Below are positions 10,333 to 19,950 of a stretch of DNA of 21,514 bases, piece by piece; within the stretch, counting starts at the first letter, position 1; each line of letters starts with the position of its first letter. Source of the stretch: Octopus sinensis (lineage: Eukaryota); contig NW_021823705.1 in NCBI RefSeq assembly GCF_006345805.1, forward strand, positions 1-21,514. The letters run 5' to 3'. The position numbers and the translations under genes were made by a program. The notes under the pieces are model-generated. The model did not search any database and was not told where the DNA came from. It saw nothing but the letters and a program-made list of their open reading frames with translations.

Positions 10333-10718
10333 GGCGGCGAGCTGGCTTCTACGTTAGCATGCCGGGCGAAATGCTTAGCGGTATTTCGTCCACCGTTGCG
10401 TTCTGAGTTCAAATTCCGCCGAGGTCGACTTTGCGTTTCATCCTTCGGGGATCGATATAATCGACTTAATCCGTTTGTCTGTCCTTGTTTGTCTTATCTG
10501 TGTTTACCCCCTTGTGGGTAGTAAAGAAATAAGTATTTCGTCTGCCGTTACGTTCTGAGTTCAAATCCTGCCGAGGTCGGCTTTGCCTTTCGTTCTTTCG
10601 GGGTCGATAAATTAAGTACCAGTTACGCACTGGGGTCGATGTAATCAACTTAATCCCTTTTTCTGTCCTTCTTTGTCCCCTCTATGTTTAGCCCCATTGT
10701 GGGCAATAAATAAATAAG
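10333..10718 (+). mobile_element. Meta-like SINE dimer: head plus two bodies, first body internally deleted
   Basis: Head GGCGGCGAGCTGGC; junction AAGTATTTCGTCTG at 10531-10544; sits in a (TA)n run. Confidence 0.85.
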
Positions 10719-10784
10719 AGTATTATATATATATATATATATATATTTAATATATATATACATATATTATATATATATCATTTA

Positions 10785-11358
10785 GCTGAATACATCGACA
10801 CTAGTACTTACTTTTGTTAAGCCTGATACTTATTCGATTGGTTTTTATTTTCCGAAGACTAGATTACGGACACACACACACACACACACACATATATCTT
10901 TATATATAAAAGTCAAGTCAAGTTGTGTGTCTGTCTCTTACGATTTAGATTCCTAACTACTCCCACATTTTGCGGTGCAGTGTAACCAAAAGCGGGTATC
11001 TTATAGTCGTGATTCATAACGAGCCCTTCTGGGTATTAGCGCGCGTCTACGATGAGTTTTTTCCATTTTAAATGCATTTTTTTTTGCTATTTTTTGGCTA
11101 TAACTCTCTAAAAATGCTTATATAGTTATTTCCCTTAGAAACCCGAGCAACGCCGGGCGATATTGCTAGTATATATATATATAAATAAATATACGATGAG
11201 CTTCATTCAGTTTCTGTCTACCAATTCCACTCAGAAGGCTTTTGGTTGGCCCTAGGTTATAGAAGAAGACACTTGCCCATGGTGTCATGCAGTGGGACTG
11301 AACCTGTAATCATATGGCTAGAAAGCAAGCTTCTTACCAAACTTACCACGCATGCGCC
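10785..11358 (-). mobile_element. tRNA-headed SINE with internal TA/TG microsatellite, interrupted by a Helitron
   Basis: Reverse strand from 11358: GGCGCATGCGTGGTAAG...GGTTCAGTCCCAC...GGGCAAGTGTCTTC...GGTAGACAGAAACTGAATGAAGC; the 3' half resumes at ~10866-10785. Confidence 0.7.
10897..11169 (+). mobile_element. Non-autonomous Helitron
   Basis: A|TC start (10897), CTAG|T end (11166-11170), hairpin CCCGAGCAACGCCGGG (11142-11157); last ~110 bp shared with 7357-7743. Confidence 0.82.
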
Positions 11359-11874
11359 AATACACATGCGCACGCACACTCTCACACGTGCGCGCGCGCG
11401 TACGTGAGCAACCTTTTCTTCATTCTGGTGTTCGCGCGCGTCGTGTCGTTCGTTCGGGTGTACGGGGGTGCCCTGATCTTTCTGTTATAAGCACAAGGGG
11501 TGAAATGCGTTTGGGTGGAGGCCTAGTTGATTAAATCGACTCCGGTGCTAAATTTATACCTCTTTTGGCGTTCCCCCACCCCACGAAAGGTCGAATTTCA
11601 GCATCACGAAAGGACGAACTGCAGGATATATCTGTGAGATATTTGAACACCCAAAGCCAAATTCACCGTTGCTATCGCAGGGAAAAAATTCTCTCTCATG
11701 TTAATAGATAGAAAACACCATATCTGCCCAGTTTTGCACACTACCGGATTCCTACACGCAGCGTTACTAGCTCATTGGCCTTCGTCAATGGGAAATACCA
11801 AGGAAACGTAACTCTGGGAAGATTTAAACCCGTAGCTCTAAATATAAAGAAAACATTCAACAACATTTAATGCA

Positions 11875-11951
11875 TTTACTGCACTTTGCTGTCCTTTACT
11901 GCACTTTGCTGTCTTTACTGCACTTTGCTGTCCTTTACTGCACTTTGCTGT
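11875..11951. repeat. Minisatellite, four 19-20-bp units TTTACTGCACTTTGCTGTC(C)
   Basis: Units start at 11875, 11895, 11914 and 11934. Confidence 0.95.
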
Positions 11952-12020
11952 TCGGAAGAAATTCTGGGCTATCAGCGCAAAACAATTTTAAGGCATAGGC
12001 GAAGTACAATTTCGTTAAAT

Positions 12021-12053
<33 letters not shown>

Positions 12054-12113
12054 GTTTAACGTCCGTTCTCCATGCTAGCATAGGTTGGACGGTTCGACCG
12101 GGGATCTGGGAAG
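12021..12113 (-). mobile_element. 5'-truncated retroposon 3' end with (GAT)11 tail
   Basis: Reverse strand CCCGGTCGAACCGTCCAACCTATGCTAGCATGGAGAACGGACGTTAAAC followed by (GAT)n; clade not determined. Confidence 0.6.
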
Positions 12114-12522
12114 TTTGTCATATATCATAATTTCTGAATTGAAGTGTGTTCTGAGTAAATCGACGTTTGCATATACCTAATCACTGGTTGCCTTGGGTCC
12201 TGCTGAATTTATGTATGTATATATATGTATGTATATTTATATAATTAATGTATAACATAAAATGGTACATATATATATATATTTCCGTGCGTGTGTTTAT
12301 GTATGTACATATATATATATATATATGTGCGTGCGTTTGTGTAGATATACACACCCATATATATATTATAATATATATATTATATATATAATATATATAT
12401 ATAATACTACATATATATATATAGATATATATATATATATAACAATTGCAGCGTGGAAGGTGTTTATAAGCCATTTAAGAACACACAAATGCCGTTCGAT
12501 TCACTTCAACATTTAAGTTTAA

Positions 12523-12571
12523 TTTGTCAAAATATTTCGTCGCTAAAATCCGCGACATGTTCACTGACAAA
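12523..12571 (-). ncRNA. Minimal type I hammerhead-like motif, G3:C8 variant, one A missing in stem III
   Basis: Minus strand TTTGTCA GTGAACA T GTCGC ggatttta GCGAC GAAA TATTT TGACAAA. Confidence 0.5.
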
Positions 12572-12604
12572 AATCCGTGCTGCATCGGATTTTTGTCACG
12601 GATT

Positions 12605-12655
12605 TTTGTCAGTGAACAGGTCGCGGGTTTTTAGCGACGAAAATATTTTGACAAA
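12605..12655 (+). ncRNA. Minimal type I hammerhead ribozyme candidate, G3:C8 variant
   Basis: TTTGTCA (12605-11) GTGAACA (12612-18) G GTCGC (12620-24) loop GCGAC (12634-38) GAAA (12639-42) ATATTT TGACAAA (12649-55). Confidence 0.62.
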
Positions 12656-12804
12656 TTAAACTTAAATGTTGAAGTGAACCGAACGGCTTTTGTGTGTTTC
12701 TTAAATGGCTTACAAACACCTTCCACGCTGCAATTGTTTTCGTTTCAGCACACGATCTCAGATCAAATTACTTACTATGCAAGTACATCTCCGTAATATA
12801 TTAT

Positions 12805-13187
12805 ATATATATATATATATATAATATATATATATGTATAAGAAACTGTGGTACAGCAAAGCATCAATGTGTGCTGGAAATAACTATTTCTTATTTATAA
12901 TTCTACCTTCACGGTGCTTTATTTGGCTGGAATATGATACTACAATGATATTTAAAATTATATATATACACATACATATAACTACAAACACGCACACATA
13001 TATATATATATATTTAATATATATATTATATATATATATATATGTATATACACACACACACACATATATATATGCATATATCTACAAATACGCACACACA
13101 CGTTTCTATATTTTAATATATGTATATATACATATATGTTATATATATATATACATACATCTACAATATATATATCTACAAATACAT

Positions 13188-13249
<62 letters not shown>

Positions 13250-13260
13250 GTATTATATAT
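12805..13260. repeat. Interrupted (TA)n/(CA)n microsatellite region
   Basis: Direct repeats. Confidence 0.85.
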
Positions 13261-13651
13261 ATTTTATACACGTATGTGTGCGTGTGGATGTGTGTGTCGA
13301 TTTCTATTTGTGAAGTATTTCACTGATAAGATTTAAATGGTACACAGAGAAAGATTCATTTTAACTATTTTAGAAGCTAAAGCGACTAGTATAAAAAAAC
13401 AAACTTTTTTACGGTTTTAGAGAACAAATCAGTGAAGTGGAACAAAACTTCTGCAAATAACGTGGAGAAGAAAAAACTCTCCCATTGTAACAGGCATAAC
13501 AACACCATATCTACCAATTGTTGCACTGTACCAGATTCCTTGAGGAAACGTTCCGGGCTCTTTAACCTCCAGAATGGGAAATACCGAAGAGCGGTAACTC
13601 TGGACAGATTGAAAGCTATTGGACTGCTCGGTCAGAAGAAATTCAGGAATA

Positions 13652-13882
13652 TACCTATTTCTTTATTACCCACAAGGGGCTAAACATAGAGGGGACAAAC
13701 AAGGACAGACATAGGTATTAAGTCGATTACATCGACCCAGTGTGTAACTGGTACTTAATTTATCGACCCCGAAAGGATGAAAGGCAAAGTCGACCTCGGC
13801 GGAATTTGAACCCACAACGTAACGACAGACGAAATACCACTAAGCATTTCGCCCGGCGTGCTAGCGTTTCTGCCAGCTCGCC
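13652..13882 (-). mobile_element. Meta-like SINE monomer, ~55 bp downstream of the 833-aa ORF stop codon, same strand
   Basis: Reverse complement of head plus one body of 5648-5874; AATAAA at 13667-13662. Confidence 0.9.
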
Positions 13883-13938
13883 GAGTACATACTAGACAGT
13901 GGTTATTAAGAAATAAACCAATAGTGACTATAACATAT

Positions 13939-16440
13939 TTAACGGTGACACTTACCTTTTTTTGATCCACAGCACAGGATTTTTTTTAAGGGAGATTTTT
14001 TGGGCTTTGCATTGTTTATCAGTTCTTTGGCTTTCCTTTCTTCCTCCTCAATATCAACCTGCAGAGCTTTCTCGTCAGTTGGAACGTCTACCTCTATGAT
14101 CGGTTCTTCTTCTTCCTCCTCCATGTAGTCGGGTGACGTTGAAGTGTCTACCAATCTCGCTTCTTTTGTCTCTGTTGCGGCATCTTCTGTTTCCCTTATT
14201 ATTACGCTGTCTTCATCGGCATTTGATTGCGGTTCGTCAGCATTTGATTGGGGATAGCTATATAAATGTCTGTACGGTGCTTCCAGTTTTTCTTCACCCT
14301 TGAAATTGGCCGTGTCTGTACTTTCGCTATACACACATGTTTCACAAACAGAATCGTCATCAAATACGTGATCAAGTTTGACGAAAGGAAGTGGTGGAAT
14401 ATCAACGTTTAAATCAAAATCAAGAGGGAAAGGTCCTCTTTGGGCTATGCTACCTCCAAACAATTCTTTATTTTGCTTCCCTTTCGGTTTGCAAGTAGGA
14501 TCCCAACAGAGTGCTAGGTCAACACAAACATTTCCCATAACAGACGCGTTTTTTTTGTCTCCTCCTAATGGGGTTTCAAAGGTATAAGTCTTCCTTCCAA
14601 TCGCATCAGTCATCTTAGAGAAATCCTGCGCCGCTGATAAATTTGTATCGGCTTGATTTGCAGCTCGACAGTGTCCGCAGACAACTGGTTTTTTGCAATC
14701 ATGGTGATGGTAGTCATGGTGGTGATGATCGTGATGATCAATAATATGAGGAGGATCAAGATGATGATGATGATGAGGATCATGGTGGTGATGATGATCC
14801 TCATGGTGATGATGATCATCATGGTGATGGTGATCATCATGGTGATGATGAGGATCATGGTGATGATGAGCATCAAGGTGATGATGATGCTCCAAATGAT
14901 GGTGATGCTCAGGAGGAGCAGGTGGTAGAGGAGGAGGAGGAGGAAGTTCGTGATGATGATGATGCATAACGGGGTGATGATAATGCGGCACATGGTGGCA
15001 GTGTGCAGGTGGTAGTGGTGGTTTTCCACAGCATTCATCGCACAACGTGGGCATTTCCAATTCACATCTCATTTTGTTAGTCGGTCGAAAAGAGAAAGTG
15101 TTACAGCACCTTTTGCATCGTCTGAATATAGTTTCAGGAAAGTTAATATCTTCGTAGAGAAGCGAAGTGAAGGAGTCGGATTTCGAACTCTGTTCTTTCC
15201 TCTCCTTCATCGCCTTGTACTTGCATTTACTTGCACTGCATACCGGCGGAGCTGCCTCTATCTCTTCCTGATTGGGCCATCTAGTCGGATCATAATGGCA
15301 TTTAACAGGGAGTTTACAGTGAATGCAGGGGTGCTCGTGTTCAGTCTTTTCAGATGGAGGGGCTGGGGGAGGAGGAGGAGGAGGAGGAGGAGGAGGAGGA
15401 GGACTATAAATGCATGTCACATGGTGTTTAGGGTGATGGCAGGGATGTTCTTCAAACTTGTCAGGTGCAGGAAGAACTTCCGGCTCATCTTCTATTTCCA
15501 CCTCATCAATTCGACGGTAGCATCGAAGGGCCTCACACGCTTTACACAAGAAGTCCGCTTCCTCTACCTGGGATTCTACATCTTTAGTAATTTCTTTTGT
15601 AGTAATCGGTACGTTTTCATATATTACTTTGCCACAGCAACATGTTTTCTTGACTAACTTCGTTTCTGGCGTACGCGGACGTCTTGACTCTGAGTCTGGC
15701 GTACGCTTGCGCCCTGATCTTGCTTCAGGGGTACGCGCACGGCCTGATCTTGAATCTGGCGTACGGGTGCGGCCTTTTCTTGATTCTGGAGTACGCGCGC
15801 GTCCTGTCCTTCGTTCTGGGGTACGCCCACGGCCTGATCTTGATTCTGGCGTTTGAGAACGGCTTGACTTTGAATCTGGCGTACGCGAACGGATCTTTCC
15901 ACTGTCTATTACTATATGGCCATGTCTAAGACAATGTTCACAAATGAAGTCGGTTACTACAGCCTTAGTATCAGTCTGTTCCGCAAATGGATACGTCTCT
16001 GCTTTAGGTCTTCCGCACTTTTGGCACAAATTGGCCTTCGGGCTCAGTTGTAACTTAGCGGTGGTACCGTGTATGTGGTGACAACAAGGGTCTATGATAA
16101 GTTTCGTTGTTTCTACTTTACGGGGCTTTTCCTTCTCCTCCGCAATGGAAACGGTTATTTCACCTTGAGCTCCTCTGGCCCCTTCCGGGCTAATCGCACA
16201 TCTGGTTGCACCGTCGGGATCCTCGTAAACTGACAATGTCATATTCTCGGGAGTACTGACGCGAACCCGTGAATCCTCATACACATGTTCCCCTCTTCCG
16301 GATATCTGAATCGGAGAGATGGGAGGGGTATAACCCTTTTTGGTTGGATATTTTAATATAACTTTCTGCTTGTCCTCATCTACAGCAACCTCAGGTTGGC
16401 CCGTATAATGTAGGGCCACTTTTGCGCTGTCCTGGGGCAT
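13939..16440 (-). CDS. Uncharacterised 833-aa His/Pro/Cys-rich, largely disordered protein in a single coding exon
   Basis: 2.5-kb stop-free frame in AT-rich DNA, mostly non-repetitive; CAAGATG start context; in-frame upstream TAA at 16467-16465; TAA stop; no recognisable known domain, signal peptide or TM helix. Confidence 0.88.
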   Translation of the reverse strand: MPQDSAKVALHYTGQPEVAVDEDKQKVILKYPTKKGYTPPISPIQISGRGEHVYEDSRVRVSTPENMTLSVYEDPDGATRCAISPEGARGAQGEITVSIAEEKEKPRKVETTKLIIDPCCHHIHGTTAKLQLSPKANLCQKCGRPKAETYPFAEQTDTKAVVTDFICEHCLRHGHIVIDSGKIRSRTPDSKSSRSQTPESRSGRGRTPERRTGRARTPESRKGRTRTPDSRSGRARTPEARSGRKRTPDSESRRPRTPETKLVKKTCCCGKVIYENVPITTKEITKDVESQVEEADFLCKACEALRCYRRIDEVEIEDEPEVLPAPDKFEEHPCHHPKHHVTCIYSPPPPPPPPPPPPPAPPSEKTEHEHPCIHCKLPVKCHYDPTRWPNQEEIEAAPPVCSASKCKYKAMKERKEQSSKSDSFTSLLYEDINFPETIFRRCKRCCNTFSFRPTNKMRCELEMPTLCDECCGKPPLPPAHCHHVPHYHHPVMHHHHHELPPPPPLPPAPPEHHHHLEHHHHLDAHHHHDPHHHHDDHHHHDDHHHHEDHHHHHDPHHHHHLDPPHIIDHHDHHHHDYHHHDCKKPVVCGHCRAANQADTNLSAAQDFSKMTDAIGRKTYTFETPLGGDKKNASVMGNVCVDLALCWDPTCKPKGKQNKELFGGSIAQRGPFPLDFDLNVDIPPLPFVKLDHVFDDDSVCETCVYSESTDTANFKGEEKLEAPYRHLYSYPQSNADEPQSNADEDSVIIRETEDAATETKEARLVDTSTSPDYMEEEEEEPIIEVDVPTDEKALQVDIEEEERKAKELINNAKPKKSPLKKILCCGSKKGKCHR
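15661..15900 (-). repeat. Coding 30-bp tandem repeat, eight copies (aa 181-260, xxxRx[RQ]TP[DE]x)
   Basis: GKIRSRTPDS KSSRSQTPES RSGRGRTPER RTGRARTPES RKGRTRTPDS RSGRARTPEA RSGRKRTPDS ESRRPRTPET. Confidence 0.95.
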
Positions 16441-18237
16441 CTTGACAAGATGATATTGATAGATTTAAATGCGCGTGTATAGAGATAGATCGATATAGGT
16501 ATATAGAAAATGTTTGGAATATATCAGTAATTGCTTGTGTATATATTTAATTATTCTTTTCAAAGAATTGTCAGTTCATTTGTGCTTGAAAAAGTCGTTT
16601 CAATAACGCTGTGTAATATGTCGAGCAATTTTTGTACGTTTTTCTATGTCGATGTGTACATAAAAATATAGATATGCATGTATGTGTGCGTCTTTTAATA
16701 CATAAATATGTTTATATGTGTATATATGCTATGGAGAAAGACAAAGAGAGAAGGGGAGAGAAAGAGAGAAACCTTCCAAAAAAAAAAACAGCGGCAGGAG
16801 AGATAATGATAAAGGTTTAAATAGTAGGAGTGATAAATATTACTTGTTTTCTCACCCTCACCCTCTTTCTCTCCCTCTATGTATGTATGTGTATATAAGC
16901 TATATATATATGTGTGTATATATATGTATATATATATAAATATATATATATATAGCTTATATATAGGCTATATATATATAGCTTATATACAAGCTATATA
17001 TATATATATATATATATTATATTTTGTATAACACCTTCAATCTGAAGATTGATTCTTATAAGAGAAGTTGGTACAACTGTTTTGTGCTAAAGATCTTTCA
17101 CAGATAAAGCTTGATGAGGTTGCTTAAAGGTAAATTTAAACGAGAAGGACAAAAGCACGCCTGAAAACGTACACGTATATATAAGTGTGTATGCAAACGT
17201 ACACGTATATATAAGTGTATATATATCTGCGAATATACGTGTTTATATCTGCGAATATGTGAGTTTGTAAGTAGGAGGAGGAAGCGGAAACTGGAAACTG
17301 GAAACTGTTTCGTATTGCAAATAAAAGACGATGAAGTCGGAACGGAAAAAGGAAGAAAAATTAAGAATATAATTGAGGATTTCTTCGATCACATGCTGTC
17401 ATTTTTTCTTCCTCTTTGCGTATAATCCAGGCTATTTGGCGGAAATTTTCCCTTTGGTATTTCTTTTCGTAATTCCTTTCTCTCAAAATTTTCGGATTCT
17501 ATGCGAAAAGAACAACGCAAAACAGATCATATAAACGAGCAATTCAAAACCAAAACGATATTCTTCGTTATCTACTGATAATTTTTACCACATTCTTTAG
17601 TGGATATGATTCAGTTAGACACTCATATTACTTCGTAACTGCCTTTTGTTCCTTATAACTACACATACATTTATGAAATTATATATATATATATATATTC
17701 TGTACCAAAATATTCTCTATTTTCAACTGCTAAACATATATATATATATATTCTATTAATTTCTACATCTGATAATGAAAGTTACTGTAAAATCAAAATG
17801 GAATATTACGTCATAAATATGCAATGATGAGAGCAGATCATGTGACCGAGGATAAATGAGTTTACAGAATAAAATTAGTGTATATATAAATGAAGATACG
17901 TAAATGTATAAACCTACACGCGCACACACCGAACACACCATATGCACACAGACAACATCAAACATACAGCTAAACACATACACACATAGATATAAACGGG
18001 GAGGTGAGAGAAGAGAAGAGAAAATAAAATGAGTGTTTAAACTATACACACACACACTCACGCACACACAAACGCACACAATCACACACATATATATGCT
18101 TACAAATACATACATATTTACACATACACATATTCGCATGTATATGTATGCGTAAATATATATATATATATATATATTATATTATTATATATATGAAAAA
18201 ATAAGTCAAGATAGAAAATGCTAAAATAATTTTATAC

Positions 18238-18281
<44 letters not shown>

Positions 18282-18529
18282 ATATATTAATACTTATCAC
18301 CAAGCTAATATGGCAGTCCAGAAATATAGCAATAATGCTGCCGTTGATTAGCTCCATAGGCCATCGCCTCTAGCTAGCTATGTGACACACGAAATCTGTG
18401 TCCATTATAACCTTCGAACAGGGGAGGTCAGCCGCTTCCCCTAGCTGGTCAGGAATCTACAGTCTAGTTTCAAGGTATTTGCCCCTTATCAATGCCGAGC
18501 AGCCGAAACCGGCAGGCATATATAATATT

Positions 18530-18604
<75 letters not shown>

Positions 18605-19303
18605 TGTGTGTGTGTGTATGTATATATATATATATATGGATATAGAGTATGTGTATATATGTATATATATGTATGTATATATATATATGGATATATATTG
18701 TATGTGTATATGGTATATATATGTATGTATATATATATATATATGTATATGTATATATATGTATGTGTGTATATATATGTATGTGTATACATATATGTAT
18801 GTGCGTATATATATGTATGTGTATACATATATGTATATGTATATATATGTATGTGTGTATATATATATGTATATGTATATATATGTATGTGTGTATATAT
18901 ATATGTATATATACATGTATGTATATATATATATATATTGTATATGTATATAGAATGTCGTGTGTATATATATAAATATGTATATGCATATATATGTACG
19001 TGTGTATATATATATATGTATATGTATATGTATGTACGTGTTATATGTATATGTATATTATATATATATGTTATATGTATATATATATGTATATGTATAT
19101 ATATTATGTATATTTATATATATATGTATATGTATATGTATTATATATATATGTATTATATATGTATATATATATATGTATATATATATGTATATGTATA
19201 TGTTTATATATTTATGTTATATATATATATATGTATATTTATTATATTGTATGTATAATGTATATATTAGTGTATGTGTGTATATGTAATATGTATAATA
19301 TTA

Positions 19304-19344
<41 letters not shown>

Positions 19345-19345
19345 T
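18530..19345. repeat. (TA)n/(TATG)n compound microsatellite, ~800 bp
   Basis: Direct repeats; explains the I/Y/M/C-rich ORFs at 18398-19434. Confidence 0.96.
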
Positions 19346-19692
19346 ATTTTATATATATGTTGATTGTACATATATGCGTGTGTGTGTACAAGATAATTCC
19401 AATGAATACAGATTTTCTTTTGATTTTTCTTTAAAATACAGTTAATTATACAGAATATTTAGTTCTAAACTGGTTGACGTACGCTACTGCACCTGCAATT
19501 ACATTTGCAGCCAGTTTCATTTGTAGTTTTGGTCGAAGTCCAGCCAATATGGTTGTCTGAAACGAACAGTGACTGCACAGATTATTGACTAGATAAAATA
19601 AAACTATATACAAATACAACAGCGAGATATCTACTCAGCAGAAACGTGTGTCGGAGAGATCTAAATTAAATATGCGCCATAGTCGAGTGTGT

Positions 19693-19950
19693 GGAGGCGC
19701 GTAGTTTAGTGGTTAGGGTGTCAGTATCATGATCGTAAGATTATGGTTTCGATTCCTGGACCGGTCGACGCGTTGTGGTCTTGAGCAAAACGCTTTATTT
19801 CCCGTTGCTCCAGTCCACTCAGCTGACAAAAGTGAGTAACGCTGTGATGGACTGGCGTCCCATCCAGCTGGGAAACACATACGCCATTGAAACCGGGAAA
19901 CCGGGCCCCGTGAGCCTGGCTAGACTTTGAAAGGGCGCATTTATTTTATT
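19693..19950 (+). mobile_element. tRNA-headed CORE-type SINE with V-like segment, full length
   Basis: GGAGGCGCGTAGTTTAGTGG (A box), GGTTTCGATTCC (B box); homologous to 4996-5260. Confidence 0.85.

Larger units (their letters stand above)
12443..12796. mobile_element. Penelope-like inverted pseudo-LTR pair, copy 2
   Basis: Arms 12443-12579 and 12597-12736 (~137-140 bp, 17-bp spacer); one-sided extension 12737-12796 is the reverse complement of 8960-9019. Confidence 0.72.

Noticed and set aside
14378-15929. Overlapping ORFs 14610-15065(-), 14653-14928(+), 15295-15657(+), 15629-15856(+), 15654-15902(-), 15684-15929(+)
   Set aside because: Shadow frames of the His, Pro and RTP repeats of the 833-aa CDS.
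19693-19770. tRNA genes at SINE heads (also 4540-4613, 5185-5260, 20979-21050)
   Set aside because: A/B boxes are present, but each continues into a SINE body and no complete cloverleaf is evident.
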